DNA of 64,000 nucleotides from the NCBI GenBank assembly GCA_001643675.2, contig LSRY02000003.1, positions 1,550,001-1,614,000 of the forward strand, written 5' to 3'. The translations under genes and the position numbers were made by a program. The DNA is from Monocercomonoides exilis PA203. Lineage: Eukaryota > Protista > Preaxostyla. The notes below the pieces were generated by a model. The model made no database searches. It saw nothing but the letters and a program-made list of their open reading frames with translations, and had not been told where the DNA came from. Position 1 is the first letter of the stretch. Each line of letters starts with the position of its first letter. Shown here piece by piece: positions 1 to 11,122 of this stretch.

Positions 1-1651
1 GAGAAAAAAATAACATTTATAATAAATTATGAATAAACGAACAACGAAATGTATTTGTGGTGCTTCAAATATCCGAGGAGCTTTCGAAACAGTTGAGACT
101 GCTATCGCACATATTTTTATTCAAAAGTCATTTTCTCAAAAAATTTTATCAGAATTTCTTTGATGAATAAATCTTCTGAGAAAATCAGTTTTATTTTGGT
201 TGAATGTCAGAAACGGAGTTTGATTTCATGTATTGATAATACTCGTGAAATTGATGAAAATTTTGAATTTCTTCTTCGATTTTTAAAAAAACAGATCTGA
301 GAACAATATTTCTTTCAATAAACATTCACTTTTTCATCCCAAATGAAATTCTGGAATGAATGAGATAATTGGAGATTATTTTTGAAATCATAACTTTTTT
401 CGGTGAAAATACTTTTTTCTTCAATAATTGTTTTTCATATTAATGATTCAATAACTGTTTTTACATTATTTATTTTTCAAAATTGTTTAACTTATCTTTC
501 AAAATTATTCAAATTCAGCATTTTTTTCAAAATTTAATTTGTGAAAAATAGGTTTTTGGATGAATGTTTGAAAGTGATGATGAATTAATATTCAGTTAAC
601 ATTTGAAAAAAAGGATGAGAAATTGAACCTCGATTTTTATTGTTTGTGAATTAACTCGAAAATTTCTGATTTTTCGGGAAAAAATCATCTTCATGAAAAT
701 CAGATAATTTTCAAATGAATTCACATCACATCGTGAAATTGCGCACAATTCTTTCAATAAAAGATATTGATATTTTAATATATTCCATAAAGCAATGAAT
801 AATACATCAAGAATTCCGAAAGTGCATTGATAGATTTATTCAGATGTGAAAATTTTTTGTTTTCAGCATTTTGAATTGATGCTAATTAATTCCTTCAATT
901 CACAAATGTGTTATCGAATAATGTGAGGTGAATTCATTTGAAAATTATCTGATTTTCATGAAGATGATTTTTTCCCGAAAAATCAGAAATTTTCGAGTTA
1001 ATTCACAAACAATAAAAATCGAGGTTCAATTTCTCATCCTTTTTTTCAAATGTTAACTGAATATTAATTCATCATCACTTTCAAACATTCATCCAAAAAC
1101 CTATTTTTCACAAATTAAATTTTGAAAAAAATGCTGAATTTGAATAATTTTGAAAGATAAGTTAAACAATTTTGAAAAATAAATAATGTAAAAACAGTTA
1201 TTGAATCATTAATATGAAAAACAATTATTGAAGAAAAAAGTATTTTCACCGAAAAAAGTTATGATTTCAAAAATAATCTCCAATTATCTCATTCATTCCA
1301 GAATTTCATTTGGGATGAAAAAGTGAATGTTTATTGAAAGAAATATTGTTCTCAGATCTGTTTTTTTAAAAATCGAAGAAGAAATTCAAAATTTTCATCA
1401 ATTTCACGAGTATTATCAATACATGAAATCAAACTCCGTTTCTGACATTCAACCAAAATAAAACTGATTTTCTCAGAAGATTTATTCATCAAAGAAATTC
1501 TGATAAAATTTTTTGAGAAAATGACTTTTGAATAAAAATATGTGCGATAGCAGTCTCAACTGTTTCGAAAGCTCCTCGGATATTTGAAGCACCACAAATA
1601 CATTTCGTTGTTCGTTTATTCATAATTTATTATAAATGTTATTTTTTTCTC
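1..1651. repeat. Long inverted repeat IR1 (arms 1-731 and 921-1651, ~189 bp spacer); probably continues beyond the left window edge
   Basis: 1-60 is the reverse complement of 1592-1651. Pairing holds (coordinate sum 1652) inward to 731/921. Confidence 0.95.
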
Positions 1652-2267
1652 ACACACTTGTTTTCTTTTTTTAGTTTTCATTAAAAATAAAGTTGAATTT
1701 TGTATTTCACAGATTAATTTCCAAATTTGTGGATTTCAAAAAAAGAAAAAAAAATGTTTCGGTGGATTATAGTTTTTTGATTAAAAAACATTTCTTTTCA
1801 AATCATCAACTGTTGTTTGTCAGTCATTGGCTGTGATTCGAAACAGTTTGTATTTATTTGAGATGCCAATATTTTTTTCAGATTCTCACATTTCCAAATA
1901 CATACATTTCAACCATTTCTCAAGTTAATAGAGGAGATTGTTGGGGCATTATCTGCAATATCGAAATTATATCTTTCATGAAAATAAATCATCAAATTAT
2001 TCATCAAAATGAATTCTTCAGCCGAAAAATAATTGTTTCAAAAAAATCTATTTAATTTCCGAATAAAAATTGAGCGCACGCGAGAGAAACGAATGCAAAC
2101 AAGAAATAAATTGTTATCCACATGCACAAAAGCAAGCAATTTAACAATATTATCAACGATTCATAAGATTTCCTCTTCGATTTTCGCTTCACGTTGCATC
2201 TCTCCCCTTTCCACCAATTAAGCCTTCATCCATATTCATTCCAATCAAATTGCATCACAGTTTGAAA

Positions 2268-4355
2268 ATGATTAGGATCACAGTATCAGCTCAAATACTC
2301 GCTGCATTCCTCACCATAAATCTGGTTCGTGGAGAGAACATCGCAAACAGCATCATCAGAGGCGCTCGCCCAGACAAGGTGGAGCATGCATCGGGAAATC
2401 ACATCTGTGGTGCTCAGACAAGCTTCGCCCTCATCAACACCTCCTTGTGTGTGACCCATCTCAACATCATCCCCCTCGCTGGTTGCCCACTCCTCACTGC
2501 CCAACACCACTCAACTGCCTCCATCTGCTCCTCCACTTGCACCATCCACCCACCTTCCCTCACCAACAGCCACCACCACCACCACTGCCCCCTCTTCCTC
2601 TCTGCCCATGCCTCCATCGCCCTCACAAACTTCTCCCTCACCACCCACCAACCAGCCATCTTCTCCTTCCCCCTCTTCTCCACCCCAAACAATCTCCTCC
2701 CACATGCCCACTCCCCAATCCCTGCCTCCTTCTCCATCTCTCACTCCTCTTTCTCCTCATTCGTCTCCCTCGTCCAGCCCTTCCTTTTTTCTCCTTCTTC
2801 CCTCTCTTCCCCATCCCCTTCTCCTTCCCCTTCCCTTTCCCCTTCTCCTTCATCTTCCTCATCCTCATCCTCATCCTCTTCTTTTTCTTCCTCTTCCCCT
2901 TCCCTTTCCCCTTCTATTTCCTCTTTCCCTTCCCCTCTCCATATCCATCACCAATCCCATCCTCACCTCCAAATCCACCTCAATCTCCATCTCTCAAACA
3001 CCCTCTTCTCCAACATCTCATCTCCCCAATCCCCTCTATCACTTCCATCCCTTCCCTCACACTCACTCAATCCATTCACCTCAACCACCTCTTCCTCTTC
3101 CCTCTCTTCCACAAACACCAATACCAACACCAATTCAATCCCCTCCTTCTCCCTTCGCTCATCTCTTTCCATCCACTCAACCATCTTTATCCACACCCAC
3201 AACCCCATCGATGGTGCTGTCCTCCCCAACCTCAACAGCCCATCCACTTCTCTCTCTGCATTCAATGCCTCTTTTCTTCACCAAACACGATCTTCACCAA
3301 ATGCTGCTGTTGTACATGTTGGAACTGAATCTCAAAGAGCGAAACCTGGAAGACTGGATTCTTTTGATCTGAACAGCCACAAATTTGAATGGTGCGAATG
3401 GAAAGATACAACTGGTGGAGCTGTCCATGGAGGAGCGCTTTATGTTTATTGTGCAAATGCAAACCTCACAATCACTTCTTGTTCGTTCAACAAATGTTCG
3501 GCAAGCGATCATGCCGGAGCGTTATATTGCAATAGTTTGTTAAAAATTGATATCACAAAATCCAATTTCACAAGCTGTACAGCTGCCCATGGAGGAGCAG
3601 TCCATGCTACAAGTCCACGATCAAATTCTGTTTGGACATTCTCAGAAAACAGAGTGGAAAGTTGTTCAATAACAAACTGGTGCGGAACTGGTTGGTATTT
3701 TGCTCTAGGAAATGATTATACAAATTTTCAATTTCTATTTTCCAAATGCAAGTGCATTGCAAATTCTGGTGGTAATTCTGCTGGTTCTCTAACATTTTCA
3801 AATCCTCCTGTAAATAAGCCAAATCAATTTTTTGTTAATGATTGCCAATTCATAAACAATAAATTAACTGCTTCTTCGACATATGGAGGTGCTGCCATTT
3901 ATTTTCTTTCAACTTATTCCTGGATGAGCGGGTTCAAATTCATCACATTCTGTTTCTTCGATGGAAACACTGCCACAAATGGCAGAGGAAACGATGTGTT
4001 CTTCAGTGGCAATGCAATCACTCAATCTCCGTTTGAGAATTGTGGCTCAACAACTCCAACACAAAGAGTGTGGAATCAAGGAACGGCTGACAATGCAGTG
4101 TATAATGGCTGGCTCCCTCTCATTGCTCAGAACAAAATCGTTTCTAACAGCGGAACTGATGCTGATGCCTGTGGCAGACCCCAACAAACCCCATGTGCTA
4201 CCATCGAGTATGCCCTCACTGGCTTCATTTCCCTCCTCCAAGACGCCTCTCTCACCCTCCTTTCCTCAATATTTGTTCCAACTCAAACACTCACCTTCAG
4301 CGCGGTTTACACAAAAACAACAGGAAATAATGACTTTTTTCTGATTTCTTTATGA
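2268..4355 (+). CDS. Pmp-like beta-helix surface/secreted protein, copy 1 (only copy with a leader)
   Basis: ATG at 2268 gives the hydrophobic leader MIRITVSAQILAAFLTINLVRG. Then a His/Pro/Ser-rich region, repeated GGAL/GGAV/GGAAI and FxxC/FxxN motifs, and a C-terminal DACGRPQQTPCATIEYAL motif. No TM anchor. Confidence 0.75.
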   Translation: MIRITVSAQILAAFLTINLVRGENIANSIIRGARPDKVEHASGNHICGAQTSFALINTSLCVTHLNIIPLAGCPLLTAQHHSTASICSSTCTIHPPSLTNSHHHHHCPLFLSAHASIALTNFSLTTHQPAIFSFPLFSTPNNLLPHAHSPIPASFSISHSSFSSFVSLVQPFLFSPSSLSSPSPSPSPSLSPSPSSSSSSSSSSSFSSSSPSLSPSISSFPSPLHIHHQSHPHLQIHLNLHLSNTLFSNISSPQSPLSLPSLPSHSLNPFTSTTSSSSLSSTNTNTNTNSIPSFSLRSSLSIHSTIFIHTHNPIDGAVLPNLNSPSTSLSAFNASFLHQTRSSPNAAVVHVGTESQRAKPGRLDSFDLNSHKFEWCEWKDTTGGAVHGGALYVYCANANLTITSCSFNKCSASDHAGALYCNSLLKIDITKSNFTSCTAAHGGAVHATSPRSNSVWTFSENRVESCSITNWCGTGWYFALGNDYTNFQFLFSKCKCIANSGGNSAGSLTFSNPPVNKPNQFFVNDCQFINNKLTASSTYGGAAIYFLSTYSWMSGFKFITFCFFDGNTATNGRGNDVFFSGNAITQSPFENCGSTTPTQRVWNQGTADNAVYNGWLPLIAQNKIVSNSGTDADACGRPQQTPCATIEYALTGFISLLQDASLTLLSSIFVPTQTLTFSAVYTKTTGNNDFFLISL

Positions 4356-6880
4356 TTCCTTCCATTTTCTTATTTTCACCATTTTCCATATCATAGAAAA
4401 ATTCATAAGCTATCATAGCTTTTTCAATTGGAGTATATATCATCATTATTTTTTCAGAAATCCATAACATCAACAAGACAAAAATATTTCTTCGTCATTA
4501 CCTCATCTAATTTTTCTTCTCCATCAACTACAAATTAAGCTCATGAAAAAAGATTCATTGCTGTCGTATCTTCAAAATACATTTCTTCAAGCATAGCAAC
4601 AATCTCTTCAAAAATATCTGTTTCTTTTATCACTCCCATTTCTCCCTTTTTGAGCGCTGCAGACGCACTTATTTCATAGAATTATCCTTCGATTATTGAT
4701 CTTCCTGAAACAACCGCTTTCTCTCTTTGTTTCATCTTCTGCGATATATTGAAGGCGCATGTAATAATGCAACCTCTCGAAGATCATCCACATAATCGTT
4801 CGTTCCAAATAACGTCTTCTGCCCTGCTCCTTTTGTTTTCTGTGAATTCTTTCAATCTCAAAATGAATTATGCAGAGGCAACCTTCATGGATTGTGCACC
4901 CGATGATCGGCTTTTCTTGGTTTGATATTAAATCACTTCCGTTGACATACAATTTCAGCTGATATTCTGCGATAGAATAAATAATCCTTTTGTGCTTCCG
5001 AAAAGAAAATAAAAGATGACGCTTGGCCCTGAATTCGATGAGAATTTGAATGAAATGGAAATGACAATTTTTGTTGTTCGTCGAAGAAGGCTGGTGAAAA
5101 AGAAGACGATTTTAATGAAATGAAATCAATTCGTTCAAATTACCTTTTTTCATCATCAAAATTGTGAATGAAAAATGAAGACTAGTTCAGTGATTGATTG
5201 AAGAGATGAAGGGAAGTAAATGAAATAATTTTTTATTCAATTCAGCGACTCTGCCGAATTGAGCTGTATAAATGCACTCGACATACGAGCATCCGATACG
5301 AAGTGAGAAGAAGAAGAAGCAGAATATGCATGTGGAGATGGAGAAATCTCAAAAACTTCAATGATTTTTCCGTGGAAATATGTTAGAGTGATTTATATGA
5401 TGTTGCCGATGAGATAAAACATTGTATTTGATAAGTTGCCTTCAAGAGGAATATGAAAACCCTCATCGCAAAATCTATTGCAATAGATTTTTGTAAATCA
5501 ACAATGTTGGTTTTCCAAAAATCATTGATTCCTTTGGGCAATTTCCCTTCCTTTCCCCTCGGAAATAGAAAATGAAAATATCTCTCAGTTCTTTCTTTTT
5601 TTTCTTTGTTATTTTCCTCTTCCGTTCAGCCCTCAATATTCTCAGAAAATATCAATCCATTCATTTTCTTCACCTTTCACAGTCTCTTCCAAAATATCTT
5701 CTCACCTCCTTTCTTCTCTCATAAAAGCGCTCCTCTTTCAAGCCTTTCAACATTTCTCAATTTTCCTCTTCTTTCAAGCTTTTACCCTCTTTTCCTTCTC
5801 TTCCAAATTCCATTTCTCCAATTTGTCTCAAATATCTTCCTCACCATCCTCAGCCACTTCTCTACATATTTACTATATTATCTTCTCAAAATCCCCACCC
5901 ACTCTTCCCCACCCCTTTGTCTCAGAATTTCTTTCATTCAAAAACCCCTCTTGAAATATTAACATTCCAAAAACCACTCAACTCCCACCCCCTGCCACAA
6001 AAAATATTCTTCCATCTCTTCTCTGCCCCATATCCCTCATGTGCCTGGTGTTGATGAGATAAACCTCAAATACTGTTTTGTATCGTTGAGAATATTATTA
6101 AAGGAGATGATCATGCCAAAAACAGAAAAAACCCCTTTGGACATCCACCACAATGTGTACGGGCTGAGAAGACCCTCCAGTGAGATACACGATGTATTTT
6201 GTGGAGAAGGATGCAATGCTGCAATTTGACCATTCTGATGCTGAAATGAAGAGATTGAATTTTTGAATGATGATGGCCGTGGAAATGAGGCTGTTTGGCG
6301 AAAAACAGTCGAGGGGTAATTTGGTCTTTATTTATTTTATTTATATGAATATTTGCCTGTTGACTGTTTTTGTGTTGTTTTCAGGGCAGGAGGTGGAAAT
6401 GAATGAAAATGAATGAAAGCGGGATATCTCGTTGTGCATGGTGACCACCGAGTTGGGAGAGCGAATTCATATGGAAAGTGCCCAGGGTGAAGGGATTGGG
6501 AAGGGAATTGGAGATGATATTTTCAGACGAAAAACAAGGATATTTTTCAATGAGAAAGATGGAATTTGAGTTAAATACATAAATCTCACATTTTTCAGAA
6601 GAGCAAGAAATCGATGCATTTGATGGAGAAACAACTGATGGAAAGGATGATTTGCGAATCAGATGATGAAACACTTGAAAAAGGAAGGAATAATGAAATT
6701 GAATTGAAGAAAATAGTTGCCAATGGGATAAAAAACAGAAAATTGCCTTTAAAAATAGGTTCTGAAGGTTTGCTGTTATTATTATTTTTTTGAAGTGATT
6801 ATTTATTTTTTTGTTCAGGATGTTGAAAGAACGAGGGATTATATGGCTTTGAAGAATAAAAAGAAAAGCAAGGAAGAAAA
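4356..6880. repeat. Conserved 3' flank of the family unit; diverged direct duplicate at ~44600-47210
   Basis: Paralogous short ORFs 6041/46383 and 6381/46724 are colinear. The proximal part recurs at 39135-39880, 33340-34080 (reverse) and ~49320-49950 (reverse). Confidence 0.8.
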
Positions 6881-7273
6881 ATGAAATGAAGATTGATGAA
6901 ATTCAAGATATTTCGAAGATGCCTGGCATTAACCTTTGGCGAAGAATTATTTTTGAGGAAAGAAGATTTTTTTGAGAAAGAGGGGATGTTAAAGAAGAAG
7001 AGACGGAATGAAAAAGGGATTTACATAGCTTTCCAATTTTTTGTTGGCGAGGGGGATGATAGAGCTGAATGTTTGATGGATTTGGAGGATCTTATATGCA
7101 GGAAAAGATACAAAAACGGAAGAAGAAAGAAGGAAAAGATTAATTCTGCGAAAATTTTTGTTTTTATTTATTAGCATTCGCCTTCACATTTTTCAGCAGC
7201 CGATCATCTTGTGCAATTCCTGCATCATCATCTTCTTCTTCCAATGTATAGATGTCATTTCATATCGCACAAT

Positions 7274-7444
7274 TTCTTCTTCTTCTTCTTCTTCTTCTTC
7301 TTCTTCTTCTTCTTCTTCTTCTTCTTCTTCTTCTTCTTCTTCTTCTTCTTCTTCTTCTTCTTCTTCTTCTTCTTCTTCTTTTTCTTCTCCTTCTTCTCCT
7401 TCTCCTTCTCCTTCTTCTTCTTCTTCTTCTTCTTCTTTTTCTTC
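7274..7444. repeat. (CTT)n microsatellite
   Basis: Long pure TTC run with a few CTC variants. Confidence 0.97.
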
Positions 7445-7966
7445 ATTCACGCCATTTGATTGAATTTCTTCATATTTTGCGTCTTCACAAGAGATTGTTA
7501 GAGAAATGAAGAAAGATATTTTTGAAGAAATGAAACAGGAACAGAAACGAGAAGAAAATAGAAAAGAAAATAGAAAAGAAAATAAATAGAATGATGAGAA
7601 TGAAGATAGTTAGGAGAGTTTAGAGAGCATGATGAATGGAAATATGATTGAGAGAATTGAAGAGATTTTTTTTTTTGAATGAAAAGAAGAAGATATTTGG
7701 AAATGTAGTTTGAGAAGGAAATTTGATTTGAGAAGAGAAGAAACAGGAATTTACACAAAGAAATGTATTTGGATAAACAGAGGATAAATTTGAATGAAGA
7801 AATAACAAATAGGGGTAAATGACGAAATGCAGAAGAAATCAAAAGTTTTGAATAAATGAGTCAAAGAAGGAATGAGAGGAGAGGAGATGATAGAGAAAGA
7901 AAAAATAAGAGATGGAAGCAGGAAAAGCATTTCATTGGAGAATTTGGAACGAAAAGCTAGAATCGG

Positions 7967-9049
7967 TCATTTTTTCTCAGCGTTTTCAGCTTGTCCATTA
8001 TTATACACTCTTTCAGCTGGGGTTGTTGAGCCACAATTCTCAAACGGAGATTGAGTGATGGAACTGCCACTGAAGAACACATCGTTTCCTCTGCCATTTG
8101 TGGCAGTGTTTCCATCGAAGAAGCAGAATGTGATGAATTTATTTCCACTCATCCAAGTGAAGGTGCTTGTGCAACATAGAGCAGCACCTCCATAAGATTT
8201 TGAAGCAGTCAGATTGTTACTGATGAACTGACACTCAACGATTGAAAACTGGCTTGGTTTATTTTGTGGAGGCCAATGAAATGTGAGAGAGCCAGCCGCA
8301 TCACCACCAGAATTTGCGATACACTTGCAGTTAGAAAACAGGAATTGGCAAGTTGTGGTCATGTTATCAAGCCTGAAATACCAGCCAGTTCCGCACCAGT
8401 TTGTTATTGAACAACTTTCCACTCTGTTTTCTGAGAATGTCCAAACAGAATTTGATCGTGGATTTGTAGCATGGACTGCTCCTCCATGGGCAGCTGTACA
8501 GCTTGTGAAATTGGATTTTGTGATATCAATTTTTAACAAACTATTGCAATATAACGCTCCGGCATGATCACCTGTTGAGCAATTTTCAAAAGAGCAAGAA
8601 ATGATTGTGAGATTGGCATTTGTGCAAACAACTTGAAGTGCACCACCAGATGAAGATCCACTATTTGAGTCATTCCATTCGCACCACTCAAATTTATGGC
8701 TGTTCTCATCGAATGAAGACAATCTTCCAAGTTTCACTCTTTGAGTTTCATTTCCAATGTGTTCAACAGGTTCATTTGGTGAAGAGCGTGTTTGGTGGAG
8801 AAAGGAAGTGTTGAAGGCAGAGAGAGAAGTGGCAGGGCTGTTGAGGTTGGGAAGGATGGAACCATCGATAGGGTTGTGGGTGTGGAGGAAGATGGATGAG
8901 TGGATGGAGAGGGATGAGTGAAGGGAGGAGGAGGGGATTGTATTGATGTTGATGTTGGTGGAAGAAAAGATTGAGGTTGTTGAGATGAAAGGATTGAGTG
9001 AGTGGAAGGGAAGGGATGGAAGTGACAAATGGATCATGAAAGAAATCAA
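7967..9049 (-). pseudogene. Pmp-like family copy 2, truncated at both ends but with an open frame
   Basis: Homology starts at SLPSLPFHSL. The frame ends at NGQAENAEKK*, before the CGxxxxPC motif. Confidence 0.7.
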
Positions 9050-9305
9050 AGAATGAAATGATGCTTTGAAAATACTTAATTTTATAGAAAGAGCTTTTGA
9101 GGTTTGTTATGTTTAAGACAATGAAATTGTTCAGAGTTTTTTAATTTCCCTATTTATAAGATTTTCGTACAAATAAAAATCGCATCTCATGCGTATTCTT
9201 CAAGATACACATAAAAACATTGGTTCAGCAAACATTTGACTCACATATTAGTTTGCATATAAAAGCTTTATTTGATGAAATTTGCATGTTAAATTTATTC
9301 TTTAT

Positions 9306-10944
9306 TGGCGAGTTATTAATCATTCAACTTTTATTAATGGAACCCAATTTTTCTGGCTCCCAAGAGCACATCTGAAAAAATTTAATAATTGAAGACCTTC
9401 GAAAATTGATAATTTCCTATCCCTGAAAATATTTTTTAAATCAGTGATTATTTTTGATTTCAAACCTTTTCAATCAAAAAATTCGGAAAATAAAATATAT
9501 TTGGAAAAAGAAAAATAATTTCCAAATGAAAGAAAACTCATTTATAGAGAGTCACTTTTTTTAATTTTTTTATCTCCGACATAAAGTTTTGCTAATATCG
9601 CAACGCAAAGAGCTTCTGATAATGAAATTTCCAAACTGTCAATAAAAACAATGCAATTATCCACATGGGTGATTATTTTTGATTCCATTATTTCTCTATC
9701 AAAATTTTCCATTTGAGAATTCACTTTGAATATTGATAAATATGAACTAAAAAAATCATAACATTTATCAAAGATAATTTTTCATGAACATATGGGTGGT
9801 TATTTAAGAAATCATAACTTTTTTTGGAGTGTTTGTTTTTCAAAGGTTGGTTGTCATTGGAAAGAGATTATGTATTCAAATAAAAAATTTTGTGTTATTT
9901 GCTGAAAATAACAATATTCGAGGAAAGGAATAATTATTTCTTATGTGATATTTTTCTTTTCGAAAATATCAGTTCGAAAATATCCCTTTTATATCAACAA
10001 AAGAACAAAGAAAAATAAAAAGGCTTGTTGAAAAGACATTTTCATCTTTATTTGAACTAAAACATTTGGTGCAAAATAATTTACTTCATGCATTATTATT
10101 GAAAAATTTTGCATTTTTGATGAACTTTTTGTGATCAAAAAATATGAAAAAAATGTGTCCATTTTATGACAAATGCGGAATGTCACAAAACTTCATGATT
10201 TAATTTCAATGATGCCTGCTTTCAGATATGTAAATCCAATTTATTTTGAAATCTGATACAGTGAAATAAAGTTATGAGTGAAACATTTTTTTTTTTGCTT
10301 TGTGCATTAAAAGCTTGAAAGTCTGTATTTTCCCCCATATATTTTTTAAGCAGTTGTGACTAATTTTTATTTGAATACATAATCTCTTTCCAATGACAAC
10401 CAACCTTTGAAAAACAAACACTCCAAAAAAAGTTATGATTTCTTAAATAACCACCCATATGTTCATGAAAAATTATCTTTGATAAATGTTATGATTTTTT
10501 TAGTTCATATTTATCAATATTCAAAGTGAATTCTCAAATGGAAAATTTTGATAGAGAAATAATGGAATCAAAAATAATCACCCATGTGGATAATTGCATT
10601 GTTTTTATTGACAGTTTGGAAATTTCATTATCAGAAGCTCTTTGCGTTGCGATATTAGCAAAACTTTATGTCGGAGATAAAAAAATTAAAAAAAGTGACT
10701 CTCTATAAATGAGTTTTCTTTCATTTGGAAATTATTTTTCTTTTTCCAAATATATTTTATTTTCCGAATTTTTTGATTGAAAAGGTTTGAAATCAAAAAT
10801 AATCACTGATTTAAAAAATATTTTCAGGGATAGGAAATTATCAATTTTCGAAGGTCTTCAATTATTAAATTTTTTCAGATGTGCTCTTGGGAGCCAGAAA
10901 AATTGGGTTCCATTAATAAAAGTTGAATGATTAATAACTCGCCA
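9306..10944. repeat. Long inverted repeat IR2 (arms 9306-9886 and 10364-10944, 477 bp spacer)
   Basis: Coordinate sum 20250. Identical 60-aa ORFs are mirrored at 9542-9724 and 10526-10708. Confidence 0.95.
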
Positions 10945-11122
10945 TTAACATGAAGATAATTTCAAAAATTCAAATGGACTTTCTCCAACAAATACAAAAC
11001 AATTCACATAACTTAGCACAAATTTTATGAAAAATCATTATGTCATTTCTCGTGGAGAAATAATTTTTTCTTTTCAAACAATTTTTATTAACTTTTTGAT
11101 CAAAACATTCAAGAAAATAGAA

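Noticed and set aside
2286-3372. Overlapping Pro-rich and Gly/Glu-rich ORFs in other frames (also 50972-51898, 63553-63883)
   Set aside because: By-products of stop-poor C-rich sequence; only the main frame continues into the conserved domain.
5400-6900. Possible retroelement relic
   Set aside because: No RT, integrase or LTR motif recognisable; kept only as duplicated flank.
7158-7509. Poly-S/E/F/L/K ORFs
   Set aside because: Translations of the CTT microsatellite.
9542-10708. Identical 60-aa ORFs on both strands (also the 80-aa pair in IR4)
   Set aside because: Non-ATG starts, no domain, and explained by the palindrome.
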